Shown here: positions 50,791 to 63,830 of the stretch, piece after piece
How the letters are laid out: each line of letters begins with the position of its first letter
Position numbering within the stretch: position 1 is the stretch's first letter
Translations under genes and position numbers: made by a program
Notes under the pieces: model-generated
What the model saw: the letters and a program-made list of their open reading frames with translations, nothing else
Databases searched by the model: none
What the model was told of the DNA's origin: nothing
Assembly (NCBI GenBank): GCA_964016885.1
Contig: CAXHJY010000409.1
Coordinates: 109,535-173,534, forward strand
DNA from: Eledone cirrhosa
Taxonomy: Eukaryota
Direction: 5' to 3'
Length of the DNA stretch: 64,000 nucleotides

Positions 50791-53700
50791 TCTTTATCAG
50801 GAGAGTTACACCTGTGACTACAGCTAACTAACCTTTATTTCTTTATCAGGAGTGTTACACCTGTGACTACAGCTAACTAACTTTTATTTCTTTATCAGGA
50901 GTGTTACACCTGTGACTACAGCTAACTAACTTTTATTTCTTTATCAGGAGAGTTACACCTGTGACTACAGCTAACTAACTTTTATATCTTTATCAGGAGA
51001 GTTACACCTGTGACTACAGCTAACTAACTTTTATTTCTTTATCAGGAGAGTTACACCTGTGACTACAGCTAACTAACTTTTATATCTTTATCAGGAGAGT
51101 TACACCTGTGACTACAGCTAACTAACCTTTATTTCTTTATCAGGAGAGTTACACCTGTGACTACAGCTAACTAACTTTTATATCTTTATCAGGAGAGTTA
51201 CACCTGTGACTACAGCTAACTAACCTTTATTTCTTTATCAGGAGTGTTACACCTGTGACTACAGCTAACTGACCTTTATTTCTTTATCAGGAGAGTTACA
51301 CCTGTGACTACAGCTAACTAACTTTTATTTCTTTATCAGGAGAGTTACACCTGTGACTACAGCTAACTAACCTTTATTTCTTTATCAGGAGAGTTACACC
51401 TGTGACTACAGCTAACTAACTTTTATATCTTTATCAGGAGAGTTACACCTGTGACTACAGCTAACTAACCTTTATTTCTTTATCAGGAGAGTTACACCTG
51501 TGACTACAGCTAACTAACTTTTATATCTTTATCAGGAGAGTTACACCTGTGACTACAGCTAACTAACCTTTATTTCTTTATCAGGAGAGTTACACCTGTG
51601 ACTACAGCTAACTAACTTTTATATCTTTATCAGGAGAGTTACACCTGTGACTACAGCTAACTAACCTTTATTTCTTTATCAGGAGAGTTACACCTGTGAC
51701 TACAGCTAACTAACTTTTATATCTTTATCAGGAGAGTTACACCTGTGACTACAGCTAACTAACTTTTATTTCTTTATCAGGAGAGTTACACCTGTGACTA
51801 CAGCTAACTAACTTTTATATCTTTATCAGGAGAGTTACACCTGTGACTACAGCTAACTAACCTTTATTTCTTTATCAGGAGAGTTACACCTGTGACTACA
51901 GCTAACTAACTTTTATATCTTTATCAGGAGAGTTACACCTGTGACTACAGCTAACTAACCTTTATTTCTTTATCAGGAGAGTTACACCTGTGACTACAGC
52001 TAACTAACTTTTATATCTTTATCAGGAGAGTTACACCTGTGACTACAGCGAACTAACTTTTATATCTTTATCAGGAGAGTTACACCTGTGACTACAGCTA
52101 ACTAACCTTTATTTCTTTATCAGGAGAGTTACACCTGTGACTACAGCTAACTAACTTTTATTTCTTTATCAGGAGAGTTACACCTGTGACTACAGCTAAC
52201 TAACCTTTATTTCTTTATCAGGAGAGTTACACCTGTGACTACAGCTAACTAACTTTTATATCTTTATCAGGAGAGTTACACCTGTGACTACAGCTAACTA
52301 ACTTTTATTTCTTTATCAGGAGAGTTACACCTGTGACTACAGCTAACTAACCTTTATATCTTTATCAGGAGAGTTACACCTGTGACTACAGCTAACTAAC
52401 CTTTATTTCTTTATCAGGAGAGTTACACCTGTGACTACAGCTAACTAACCTTTATATCTTTATCAGGAGAGTTACACCTGTGACTACAGCTAACTAACCT
52501 TTATATCTTTATCAGGAGAGTTACACCTGTGACTACAGCTAACTAACTTTTATATCTTTATCAGGAGAGTTAACCTGTGACTACAGCTAACTAACTTTTA
52601 TTTCTTTATCAGGAGAGTTACACCTGTGACTACAGCTAACTAACCTTTATTTCTTTATCAGGAGAGTTACACCTGTGACTACAGCTAACTAACCTTTATT
52701 TCTTTATCAGGAGAGTTACACCTGTGACTACAGCTAACTAACTTTTATATCTTTATCAGGAGAGTTACACCTGTGACTACAGCTAACTAACTTTTATTTC
52801 TTTATCAGGAGAGTTACACCTGTGACTACAGCTAACTAACCTTTATATCTTTATCAGGAGAGTTACACCTGTGACTACAGCTAACTAACCTTTATTTCTT
52901 TATCAGGAGAGTTACACCTGTGACTACAGCTAACTAACCTTTATATCTTTATCAGGAGAGTTACACCTGTGACTACAGCTAACTAACCTTTATATCTTTA
53001 TCAGGAGAGTTACACCTGTGACTACAGCTAACTAACTTTTATTTCTTTATCAGGAGAGTTACACCTGTGACTACAGCTAACTAACTTTTATATCTTTATC
53101 AGGAGAGTTACACCTGTGACTACAGCTAACTAACTTTTATTTCTTTATCAGGAGAGTTACACCTGTGACTACAGCTAACTAACTTTTATTTCTTTATCAG
53201 GAGAGTTACACCTGTGACTACAGCTAACTAACCTTTATTTCTTTATCAGGAGAGTTACACCTGTGACTACAGCTAACTAACCTTTATTTCTTTATCAGGA
53301 GAGTTACACCTGTGACTACAGCTAACTAACCTTTATATCTTTATCAGGAGAGTTACACCTGTGACTACAACTAACTAACTTTTATATCTTTATCAGGAGA
53401 GTTACACCTGTGACTACAGCTAACTAACTTTTATTTCTTTATCAGGAGAGTTACACCTGTGACTACAGCTAACTAACCTTTATTTCTTTATCAGGAGAGT
53501 TACACCTGTGACTACAGCTAACTAACCTTTATTTCTTTATCAGGAGAGTTACACCTGTGACTACAGCTAACTAACTTTTATATCTTTATCAGGAGAGTTA
53601 CACCTGTGACTACAGCTAACTAACCTTTATTTCTTTATCAGGAGAGTTACACCTGTGACTACAGCTAACTAACCTTTATTTCTTTATCAGGAGAGTTACG

Positions 53701-54372
53701 CCTGTGACTACAGCTAACTAACCTTTATTTCTTTATCAGGAGAGTTACACCTGTGACTACAGCTAACTAACTTTTATTTCTTTATCAGGAGAGTTACACC
53801 TGTGACTACAGCTAACTAACCTTTATTTCTTTATCAGGAGAGTTACACCTGTGACTACAGCTAACTAACTTTTATATCTTTATCAGGAGAGTTACACCTG
53901 TGACTACAGCTAACTAACCTTTATTTCTTTATCAGGAGAGTTACACCTGTGACTACAGCTAACTAACCTTTATATCTTTATCAGGAGAGTTACACCTGTG
54001 ACTACAGCTAACTAACTTTTATATCTTTATCAGGAGAGTTACACCTGTGACTACAGCTAACTAACTTTTATTTCTTTATCAGGAGAGTTACACCTGTGAC
54101 TACAGCTAACTAACCTTTATTTCTTTATCAGGAGAGTTACACCTGTGACTACAGCTAACTAACCTTTATTTCTTTATCAGGAGAGTTACACCTGTGACTA
54201 CAGCTAACTAACTTTTATATCTTTATCAGGAGAGTTACACCTGTGACTACAGCTAACTAACCTTTATTTCTTTATCAGGAGAGTTACACCTGTGACTACA
54301 GCTAACTAACTTTTATTTCTTTATCAGGAGAGTTACACCTGTGACTACAGCTAACTAACCTTTATTTCTTTA
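50791..54372. repeat. 49-bp satellite, ~73 copies, intronic
   Basis: Unit tttatcaggagagttacacctgtgactacagctaactaac(c/t)tttat(t/a)tc. Confidence 0.97.
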
Positions 54373-54928
54373 CTTGGACAGTTACACCTATGATTACACC
54401 TCATTAACCTTTATGTGTACATTTGTGAATATTTATATATATATTATAAAGTTATATTTATTAAGTAATTTTCATTTAATGTATTCATCATTTAATTTTA
54501 CAATGTTTATTCATTTATGTTGACTATTGTTACTGTGATTGTATTAAACACTCCAGCTTGGGATGTACTCTACTTTTGCTGTATGCAATATCAATACCCT
54601 TACACTGAAGAGAATTAAACTGAATATTAATATTAAAAACATACAGTAGTTACACAATAAGTGATCAGTAGTGGTCAGAAGTGATCATTAGTGGGCCGAA
54701 TTGGCCCATAATGGTCATTAGTGGTTAGTATGGAAAATATAACAATGCAAATTCATTCTTATTGTACACTTGATTAAGAAAGTTGTAAGCTTTAATTAAT
54801 TTATTTATTAATATTTGTTCCAAAAGAATCTTTGTTAGCCAATAGCCATTCGATTCATCAAAATGTAATTTGATGACCATACCGATGTGAATAACTAATG
54901 TACACATCGATAAAAAAGGAAATTTGAC

Positions 54929-55102
54929 CTTTAGTGTCTTTGGGATTCCAAACTTGAGGTTGTAGAAAGTCCATTGATTCAGATCGAATGTCTAGATGGA
55001 GTTTTCTGGAAGGTTCTTTATCTGCATTCCTCACAACCTGCTTGTGCCGGCCGTGATGCTTCATAGAGTGCAGTTCTAGTTGTGTTTTGAAAGTCCGTGC
55101 AC
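54929..55102 (-). CDS. Unidentified gene, most 5' exon identified in the window
   Basis: tccgcttcag|GARTFKTQLELHSMKHHGRHKQVVRNADKEPSRKLHLDIRSESMDFLQPQVWNPKDTK|gtcaaa. 174 nt, phase 1/1, compatible with the 42686 acceptor. Confidence 0.65.
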
Positions 55103-55499
55103 CTGAAGCGGACACATAAAATTATGCATATATATGTAAACATATGTATACACACATGCACACAGAAATATGGACACATATCATTTAGTAGATGCTCATT
55201 ATCAGTTCCGCAAAAGAAACAAACAAAGCTGGAAACCAAAGTAAATATTTTGTTATCAACTAAATTTTGGATCAATTTGCATATGACTACATCGTTGAAA
55301 AATAGATATTCAAAACACAATATGATTTAATCTAAGAAAACATTATCTATAATTGAAAACATGTCTCATAACAATGATAAACACAGAGAGAAATCTGAGA
55401 ACATGATGTGATCATGTAACAGAGTTTCATCATTTAAACCATTATTTTTACAGATAATATTAAATATTTCTCTTCCAGTAACCAAGTAATTGTTTCTCT

Positions 55500-56090
55500 G
55501 ATTAACAGAACAAATTACACCACATGTTGGTTGACAGAACAGACTACACCACATGTTGGTTGACAGAACAAACTACACCACATGTTAGTTGACAAAATAG
55601 ACTAAACCACATGTTGGTTGACAGAACAAATTACACTACATGTTGATTGACAGAAACAAACTACACCACATGTTGGTTGACAAAATAGACTAAACCACAT
55701 GTTGGTTGACAGAACAAATTACACTACATGTTGATTGACAGAATAGACTGCACTACATGTTGGTTGAAGCAAAAAAACATAGTTGATTGACAGAATAGAT
55801 GATACATGTTAGTTGACAGAAATAAACTGCACCACATGTTGGTTGACAGAAATAAACCTCACCACATGTTGGTTGACAGAACAGACTACATCACATGTTG
55901 GTTGACAGAACAGACTACACCACATGTTGGTTGACAGAACAGACTACACCACATGTTGGTTGACAGAAACAAACTACACCACATGTTGGTTGACAAAATA
56001 GACTAAACCACATGTTGGTTGACAGAACAAATTACACTACATGTTGATTGACAGAATAGACTGCACTACATGTTGGTTGAAGCAAAAAAT
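55500..56090. repeat. ~29-bp minisatellite, ~20 copies
   Basis: Unit cacatgttggttgacagaacagactacac. Confidence 0.9.
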
Positions 56091-56594
56091 CAAGTTATAA
56101 AAACAAGACAATTTATATAAAAACCACACCCTCAAAACTGATGATAACTAGTCATACTAGAAGTATTATCATCACCACCACCACCATGCACACATTTACC
56201 CCCCACCCTCACACACAAACCGACATGTGTAAGCCCCACATGCACCCCCTATACACACATACAATACATACACACTGTTTAATGATGTACTGAAAGATAA
56301 ACATGAATTAGTAGAAACTGTCTATATTTTTAAAGATGGAAGAAAATCTCAAATCCAATTATTGACATATCTTTCCTAAAGTATAGCAAATAAAAGGATG
56401 ATTTTCAGAATATTAATCCCATCTTAACAGATGAAAGGAAAGAAACCAATAATCAGATTAGACTATGGAAATTATGTTTCTATTGGTCTTTTGACTATTG
56501 ATACTGTCTCACTATCTATTGGTTGCAACTCTTGAAAGAAGTTGATTGTCAGACCAGACCAAAGAAACTATGCTTCTATTGGTCTTACCATTCC

Positions 56595-56821
56595 TTAACC
56601 CTTTAGCATTTACATTACTCTATATATACTATTGTATTTTCATGGTAAAGGCTTTATCTCACATAATATTTCACATAATATCAAATCTATGAGATTTTGA
56701 TATTATTTATTTTGAGAACAATACTGTAACATCATTATAAGTGGCCAGTTACAACTGGTTTGAATAGAAAGAGGTGAGAAAATTCTGGCCAGATACAGCC
56801 AGTTTAAATGCTAAAAGGTTA
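56595..56821. mobile_element. piggyBac-like MITE (related copies at 44241-44460 and partial 14983-15115)
   Basis: TTAA|CCCTTTAGCATTTA ... TAAATGCTAAAAGG|TTA termini. Confidence 0.7.
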
Positions 56822-59454
56822 TACTATCTAGCTATCTGTCAGTTGCAACTCTTGGCAGGAGAAAGGAGATGACCATCAAATTGGAGTAAAGAAACCATGT
56901 CTCTATTAGTCTTTCCACTACTGATACTATCTGATGGTTCCTATTTTTGACAGAAGGAGGTGGGATTTGAACTCAGAGCACAGAAGACTAGAAGAAATAC
57001 CAAGGTATTTAATCCAGTGCTCTAACAACTCTTAACAATTTTATCTGATTTGCTGCTTTTTGAGATGAAAAATGCTTCAATGTCTATATTCATACATAAG
57101 GCCAGATTAAGTTCTTTTGAGGCCCTAAGCTCTAAAATGATTATAATGCCTCTCCCCTCCCGTATAAGATCTACAAAAATGTTTTTTGGAATAACAAATA
57201 CATTTATTTTGAATAAAATGGCAACTCACTTCTCTCGATGCTGCAAGTATGAGTGTAATTTGAATAAAATTATACCTCTCTTCCCTTGAAACCCCATATT
57301 ACATCTACAGTGGTTTGATCTCCAGTTGTTATCAGCTGTCTTATACATGGATGTGTACACGGTACTGGAGTGGATTAGAACTTCAAGGTCATAACACTCT
57401 TTTCCACTACATGACTATCACATGTACATGTACCCACTACATGTACATATAACCTCAACATGTACATGTAACCACGGCATGTATGTGTATCCACAACATG
57501 CAACCACCATGTGTATATGATCAACCATCAAACTGAAGATCAAAAGGTAATGTAGACATTAATATTTAAATATTTTGAACTCCTAAATTTCAGTTTAATG
57601 GTCTGAAATATTATGATTGTGTTAACAATAACTTATTTTAGCCATTTAGAATCTAGTTGTATAAATGGGATACCAAAATAGAATAGAATCTGGTGTACAA
57701 CAAAATATTCTCATCGACCAGCTGATTCACACACATGCACACACATATATATATAAACATCATCATCATTCAGGTGGTCCATGGGTCTGATATACAATCC
57801 CACATTTACCCCCCCCCCTCCCCCCCCCACACACACACATGTAATGTTATGTATATATACAAAAGAGTTGAAGTAAAAATGGAGTGTGTTTTCTATACTT
57901 GAAATGTGCGAAATTTATATATAATTAATAGTTGAGAATGAATTGTCTGATAGAAATGGAGCTGACTACCCCACTTCATCCTCGTAATGTAAAGGGCACT
58001 TAACTCCTGTTGAAGTCCTATTGGTTCTATCATGGCATAGCATTTTGGGGGCATTACCATCCCTATCCAGATCTAAACATAGCCTATTTCCTCCAGAGAG
58101 AGAGAAAGGAAATGAAGAATCAACCTCCATACTTGACTGCTACTTTATTGATCTCGAAAGGAGGAAAAGGAAATATCAAGATATATTTAATGTGACACAC
58201 TAACGACTTTGTCAGTTTGCCACCTTTTGTTCACAGTTTATGTATGGAGCCATAACTCCCACTACAGTTGTAGGTGTGCTATAGTGATATATGCCATTTC
58301 TTGGACATTTAAAACCTGGTGGATCTCATTCTCTCTCCATCTTTTGTTTCTTATAAAAAGATGGTCAACCATAAATGGCTCATTTTGATTCAGTTATTAC
58401 AGAGCTAAATTCTTCATCTTTTTAGTCAACATGTATTGGTTCTAGATTCAAAGCATCATTAGTCTGTTTTAATTTTTTTCTTAATAATCTTCTGGTAATG
58501 CAAGTAGAACATCTAATGGGTAGGTAACAACTCTGATATGGATAATATAGGTATACTCCACAGAGAAATGTGGGAAGATAGAGTAATTAAGAAAGCAATT
58601 AAGAGTGATAGATTAATTAAGAAAGCCACTATGAGTGATAGATTAATTAAGTATCCTACTCCAGAGAATACATTAATTAAATATGGGTGATAGATTAATT
58701 AAATGTAAACATGATAGGATACATGATGTGATATTTGCATGTCTCATAAAAATGATTGGTTTATGAGCAAAAGGAATAGATGGTCTGTGAGGCCTTTGTG
58801 CAAACTACTTCAAGAATTGAAGATAGCAATATCAGTATCATATGGGAATTCTGATGGTCCTGGAAACACCAGGCCAGGCACATAGGCGTATATGGACTTG
58901 CTAAATAATATAAGAGACCAAATTTCAAGGTGTTCTGTGATGCAAATATTCTAGTAAAGCCAATTGGTCACTTGCCTTACAGGCAGACATAAAAGTAAAA
59001 ATTTATTTTGTATCTACTGAAAAACAGGTTGATGACTGTGAACAGGAAGTCATGAGAGAATGAAGACAATCAAGTGATGAGAAAAAAGATAAAAGTTAAG
59101 CAACATAATGAAGATGTTATATTTTAGGTTTAATATATATGTATCTAGTAAACCAGTCCATCTTAGAATTATGAAGAAAATAGCTGTAAAGATTTGAAGT
59201 GATTATTTTAAAAGTATATATGACAAACTGTAAACGAGAAGGTTAAAATAAAGAGGATGAGAATGAAAGAAGAGGAACACAACAAAGAGAGAAGGTTAAA
59301 ACAAAGAGGATGAGAATGAAGGAAGAGGAACACAACAAAGAGAGAAGGTTAAAACAAAGAGGATGAGAATGAAGGAAAAAGAAACACAACGAAGCAGAAA
59401 ACAAATTAGCAGATATACAAATAATATTGAATATAGTTGAAGGACAAATAATTC

Positions 59455-60010
59455 TTCTTCTTTATCTTCTTCACCCACTTATTCCTGGGGGGGTCATGCA
59501 GTCAGAATCCTCAAACATTCCCTCCAGCAGGTCCTGTCAGAAGCAACTGTCTCTAACTGAGCCAGATGGATCCCTGAGACCAGCCAAGCTCATGATGCAG
59601 TAATGTGCCAGCTTCAGCATTTGGTAATCAGAAGAAGGGAGCTAGGTGTAAAAGCCAAACTTGCTATCTTCAATTTGGTGTTCGTGCCAACTCTTACCTC
59701 TAGTCATGAATCTTGGGTAATGATCGAAAGAATATGATCTTGAATACAAGTGGCCGAAATGGGGTTCCTCCAAAGGGTTTTTGGAGTAACGTTACTCAAT
59801 AGTGTGCGTAGCTTGAAAATCAGAGAATCACTCCATGTAAGTTGCTATCACTCTGAATTTAGAGATCACAGCTCCGATACAATGGCCATGTAGTTAGAAT
59901 GTCTCAGGAAAGAATCGCTGGTCAGATTTTATGGGCAAAATCAAGTGGCAGGAAGCCCAGAGGTAGACCCTGAGCAAGATGGTTGGATAACATCCACGAG
60001 GACAAATAAT
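59455..60010. mobile_element. Rex3/Expander-like RTE 3' fragment with an inverted segment
   Basis: Plus strand 59590-60010 gives KAKLAIFNLVFVPTLT..ESWVM..QVAEMGFLQRV..GHVVRM..GRKPRGRP. The extreme 3' end lies on the minus strand at 59455-59590 (cf. 23875-23965). Confidence 0.7.
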
Positions 60011-60528
60011 TCTAAATTGAAATGATCCTGCAATATAAGAAATAATGTAGGAACTGTACAAAGTTGAAAGTTTCTCTATGATAGCTTTCTTTTGCATACC
60101 TGGATTCATCATCAATGTATTTTTATGAACTTTAATATAATTCTGGGATATTTATATTTTTATTTTTCCAAAATACTATAGATATCTTCTCCTACTTATT
60201 TATTAAATTTTGATTATTCACTATTCTTTTTTGAATTTAATATTTCCAACTGAAAATGACTAAAATATACTTGTGTAATCTATGTCAAAAGATGTTTAAG
60301 TTGCTTTTATTCTTTCAGTTGTTTCTAATTTCAAATTAGAGGTGTCACAATAAAAGGTCTATATGTAGATATAGACACATTGTTGCACATATAAACAGTG
60401 TCAAACTGACTGAGAGAGAAAGATTCTAAGGCATATATATACAGTCAAACTGACCGAGAGAGAAAGATATACTAGGTATATATATATATATATACACAGT
60501 CAAACTGACCGAGAGAGAAAGATATACT

Positions 60529-60566
<38 letters not shown>

Positions 60567-60785
60567 GGAGTAGCAGATTATTGTTATAGGTAGTCCACTT
60601 AGGTGTAGTCCAGTTGTGTTACTCCGAGTAGTGGATGATATCAACGCTTGGCTAAGTTTGACTCAACAAGGCGTTTCCATAGTGATGCTGCGAGTACGCA
60701 GTAATTTCTATGTTGTAAACACTTGGAGTAATGATAAATCAGGAAAGAAGAGTGACACGGTTTGCTACACAAAAAAGGTTTTTAA

Positions 60786-60906
60786 TCTCATTGCTGACAA
60801 TTGTTTCTCTGAACTGGTAGGTCTAGAGATCGCTACCCGCTTGTTTTCACGTCATTCGATCACCAATACATAGTTGTAACCAGTCAATTCATCGGAGCTT
60901 GTGAGA
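60786..60906 (-). ncRNA. Degenerate type I hammerhead ribozyme with long stem II
   Basis: UCUCA-caa-GCU-CCGAUGA-[stem II ACUGGU/ACCAGU around a large loop]-GAAAC-AAUU-GUC-AGC-aa-UGAGA. The core carries a U4->C change. Confidence 0.55.
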
Positions 60907-60944
60907 ATGAAAGGAATATACAGGCATGGCTACTATATATAGTA

Positions 60945-61129
60945 GTAATTGTTTCTATTTTAGGCACAAGGCCAGCAATTACCCAGTACATTACTGGTAC
61001 TTTATTTTATCGACCCCTAAAACAAAGTTAACCTTGGCAGGATTTGAACTCAGATCATAAAGGGACGTAACTCTATGCTTCAAAGCATGGTGTCCGACTC
61101 TTTACCGATACTGCCAATCCACCGCCCTT
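60945..61129 (-). mobile_element. SINE family A
   Basis: Reverse complement consensus, flanked by repeated tatatagtagtaattg. Confidence 0.85.
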
Positions 61130-61605
61130 ATATAGTAGTAATTGCATTCAATCAGAACAATAACAACAATACTAACAATGCTAACAATAAATTATTTGAA
61201 ATAATCACAACATCAATCTAGGTGGGAAATATAGTATATCTACGATTTTAGCATGTAAAACTAGCTGACATGAGGCAGATGTATAACATTGACATGTAAA
61301 AGCTGTCATGGGGTGTATTATATATAGTGAAAGATAAACCGGTGGCTTTAAACAATGTAGGTCTGGTGGCCGTAAGAATCATTTATTATCTGACAGATGA
61401 AAAATTTATCACTGTAGTGAGGATAGTAATATTTGTGGTGTTAGGTTCAATATTTGTGTGGTCTATATTAGATGAAAGGGTTGTCTAGCTTTCTCATCAT
61501 CAATAACATACATGTATAAGACAACATTAATAGAGTAGCAATATAATAGGAAAGTTAATACAGAGGTTAAGGAGGCAATATATATATATATATATATATA
61601 TATAT

Positions 61606-62066
61606 CATCATCATCATTGTTTAACGCCCATGTTCCACGCTTGCATGGGTTTGGACGGGAGTTTTCCCACTTGAGGCAAGAGTGGTTGTCTTGCTCGCAT
61701 AGGACTGTCTGGCGGGTTTTCTACAGCTGGATGCCCTTCCTAACACCAACCACATTTACAGTGTGGGGCTGGGAGGTTTTTACCGTGTTGCCTACATGGC
61801 CACATTACAGTGTGGACTGTGTGTTTTTTTGTCGTGACACCTACACGATCTCATTTTTTTCGGCCTGGATGTTGTGGCACCAACATAACTTTACATTGAA
61901 AGGCGTGGTGTAGATGGGGTGGGGGTGGTGGGACGGGGGTGTATTTTGTTAGAGATGCCTACTGACTGTAGTAGGTTTTACTTTGTATTTAGGTAAGGCG
62001 AGTCTTCTCTATTACTGAGTACCGCCAAAGGTCTCGGTCCAGTGACATTGTCTTGGAGAGGTGTAA

Positions 62067-62070
<4 letters not shown>
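61606..62070 (-). mobile_element. RTE-derived short element inserted in (TA)n
   Basis: LHLSKTMSLDRDLWRYSVIEKTR plus the 3' UTR domain and (GAT)n tail. Confidence 0.85.
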
Positions 62071-62126
<56 letters not shown>

Positions 62127-62426
62127 AGAAAACATGCTGACTACAGGAGGAAGGTAATGTTCTGCTGTAGTAGTATTTTGAAATGTTCTTGGATTTAGGT
62201 TCATTTGTTGAGAGTCAAGGGTGAGGAAGTTGTGTTGACAGCAGCTGAGAAGGGATATATTTATGGGTTGATAAGGTACTTACAGACATTACTGTGGTAT
62301 AGAATTAAGAATGCTAGAATGTACTTAATGATTATATTTCTGTGGTGGTTCGTGCAGTATAGTGGATATCCTAAGTTGAAAGCTAAGTTACGTCGGTTCG
62401 ATTCACGGAGGCTTAAATCTTGTGAA

Positions 62427-63538
62427 CTACACAAAAAATAGCACGTAGTATATCCCTTAGAATATCCCGCTTATCCTCAAACCTAGAAATGTTTAATGAA
62501 CATGCTAACTATTATAACGCAGCATTACATAGGGTTGGACATAAAGATAAACTGCAGTATATAGCAAATAAAGACAACTCAAACAAACCTACTAGCAATT
62601 ACACCAACCGCTCACACAAAAATAGAGGTAACAGGACTAGACATAGAGTTAGGCACGTAGCACCTAGAGTAAGCGGTCCAAACACCAATAATGTAAACCC
62701 TAGAAACAATAGAAGAATCAGAGAAAGAAAATACCTATGGTTCAATCCAATCTTCAACTCCTCTGTAAAAACTAGACTGCCTTCTACATTCTTTAAACTA
62801 ATAGATAAACACTTCCCTATTTCACACAGATATCATAAAATACTCAATAGAAAAACTATAAAACTCTCCTACTCTATGGCAACAAATATAGAATCGCACA
62901 TACGCAAGATCAACCACAGAAATAACTCTAGGGAATCCGCCCCACCTATGCGCAACATAGCACCAAATTATAAACATAAACACATCACAGTATCACAACC
63001 GCAAGCGCATACAAGCACGCAGTAGCAAAACCCCAACGGGCACGAATCACAACCCACTTATAGCAGTGTACAAAACAGCAGTGTGGAAGCTGCACGAAAT
63101 AACACCTCAAACTGTAACTGTCACCTACCGGATAGGTGCCCATTGGCGAATAGATGCCTTGATTCGAGCCTAGTGTACATGTGTACGGTCAACTCAGACA
63201 ACTCCACTTGGCATTACATTGGATCCACCCCGGGTACTTTTAAAAAAAGATGGTATGTGCACAGAGACTCGATGAAAAACCGTGCACTTATGGGTTCTAC
63301 AACCTTCGCCAAAAAAATCTGGGAACTTAAGGACAATAACACCAACTACAGTATCAACTGGTCGAGGTTGTCGGCCGCAAAGACCCACAGTACCGGTATG
63401 TCCCACTGTAGGCTCTGTGATCTAGGATTACTGTATATCCTTAGAAATGTAAAAAGGCTACTCAACAACAAGTTAGAAAGATCAATCTTCTGCAGACACA
63501 GGATTGCCACTAAATTCACAAGATTTAAGCCTCCGTGA
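62427..63538 (+). mobile_element. Penelope-like element ORF remnant (RT thumb/linker plus GIY-YIG endonuclease)
   Basis: LRISRLSSN.E.F, RKYLWFNP.FNSSVKT, HKILNRKTIKLSYS, CNC..CPLANRCL, LVYMC..YIGST..FKKRW..H, CRLC..CRH. The two ORFs are in one frame split by a single TAG at 63023-63025. 5'-truncated. Confidence 0.92.
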
Positions 63539-63780
63539 ATCGAACCGACGTAACTTAGCTTTCAACTTAGGATATCCACTATACTGCACGAACCACCACA
63601 GAAATATAATCATTAAGTACATTCTAGCATTCTTAATTCTATACCACAGTAATGTCTGTAAGTACCTTATCAACCCATAAATATATCCCTTCTCAGCTGC
63701 TGTCAACACAACAAGGACATTTCAAAATACTACTACAGCATTACCTTCCTCCTGTTATAATTGTAGCCAGCATGTTTTCT

Positions 63781-63830
<50 letters not shown>

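Noticed and set aside
50700-50812. Minus-strand reading CNSPDKDVISESEPESLNV at the satellite edge as a possible exon
   Set aside because: Weak acceptor and donor, and phases do not fit the neighbouring exons.
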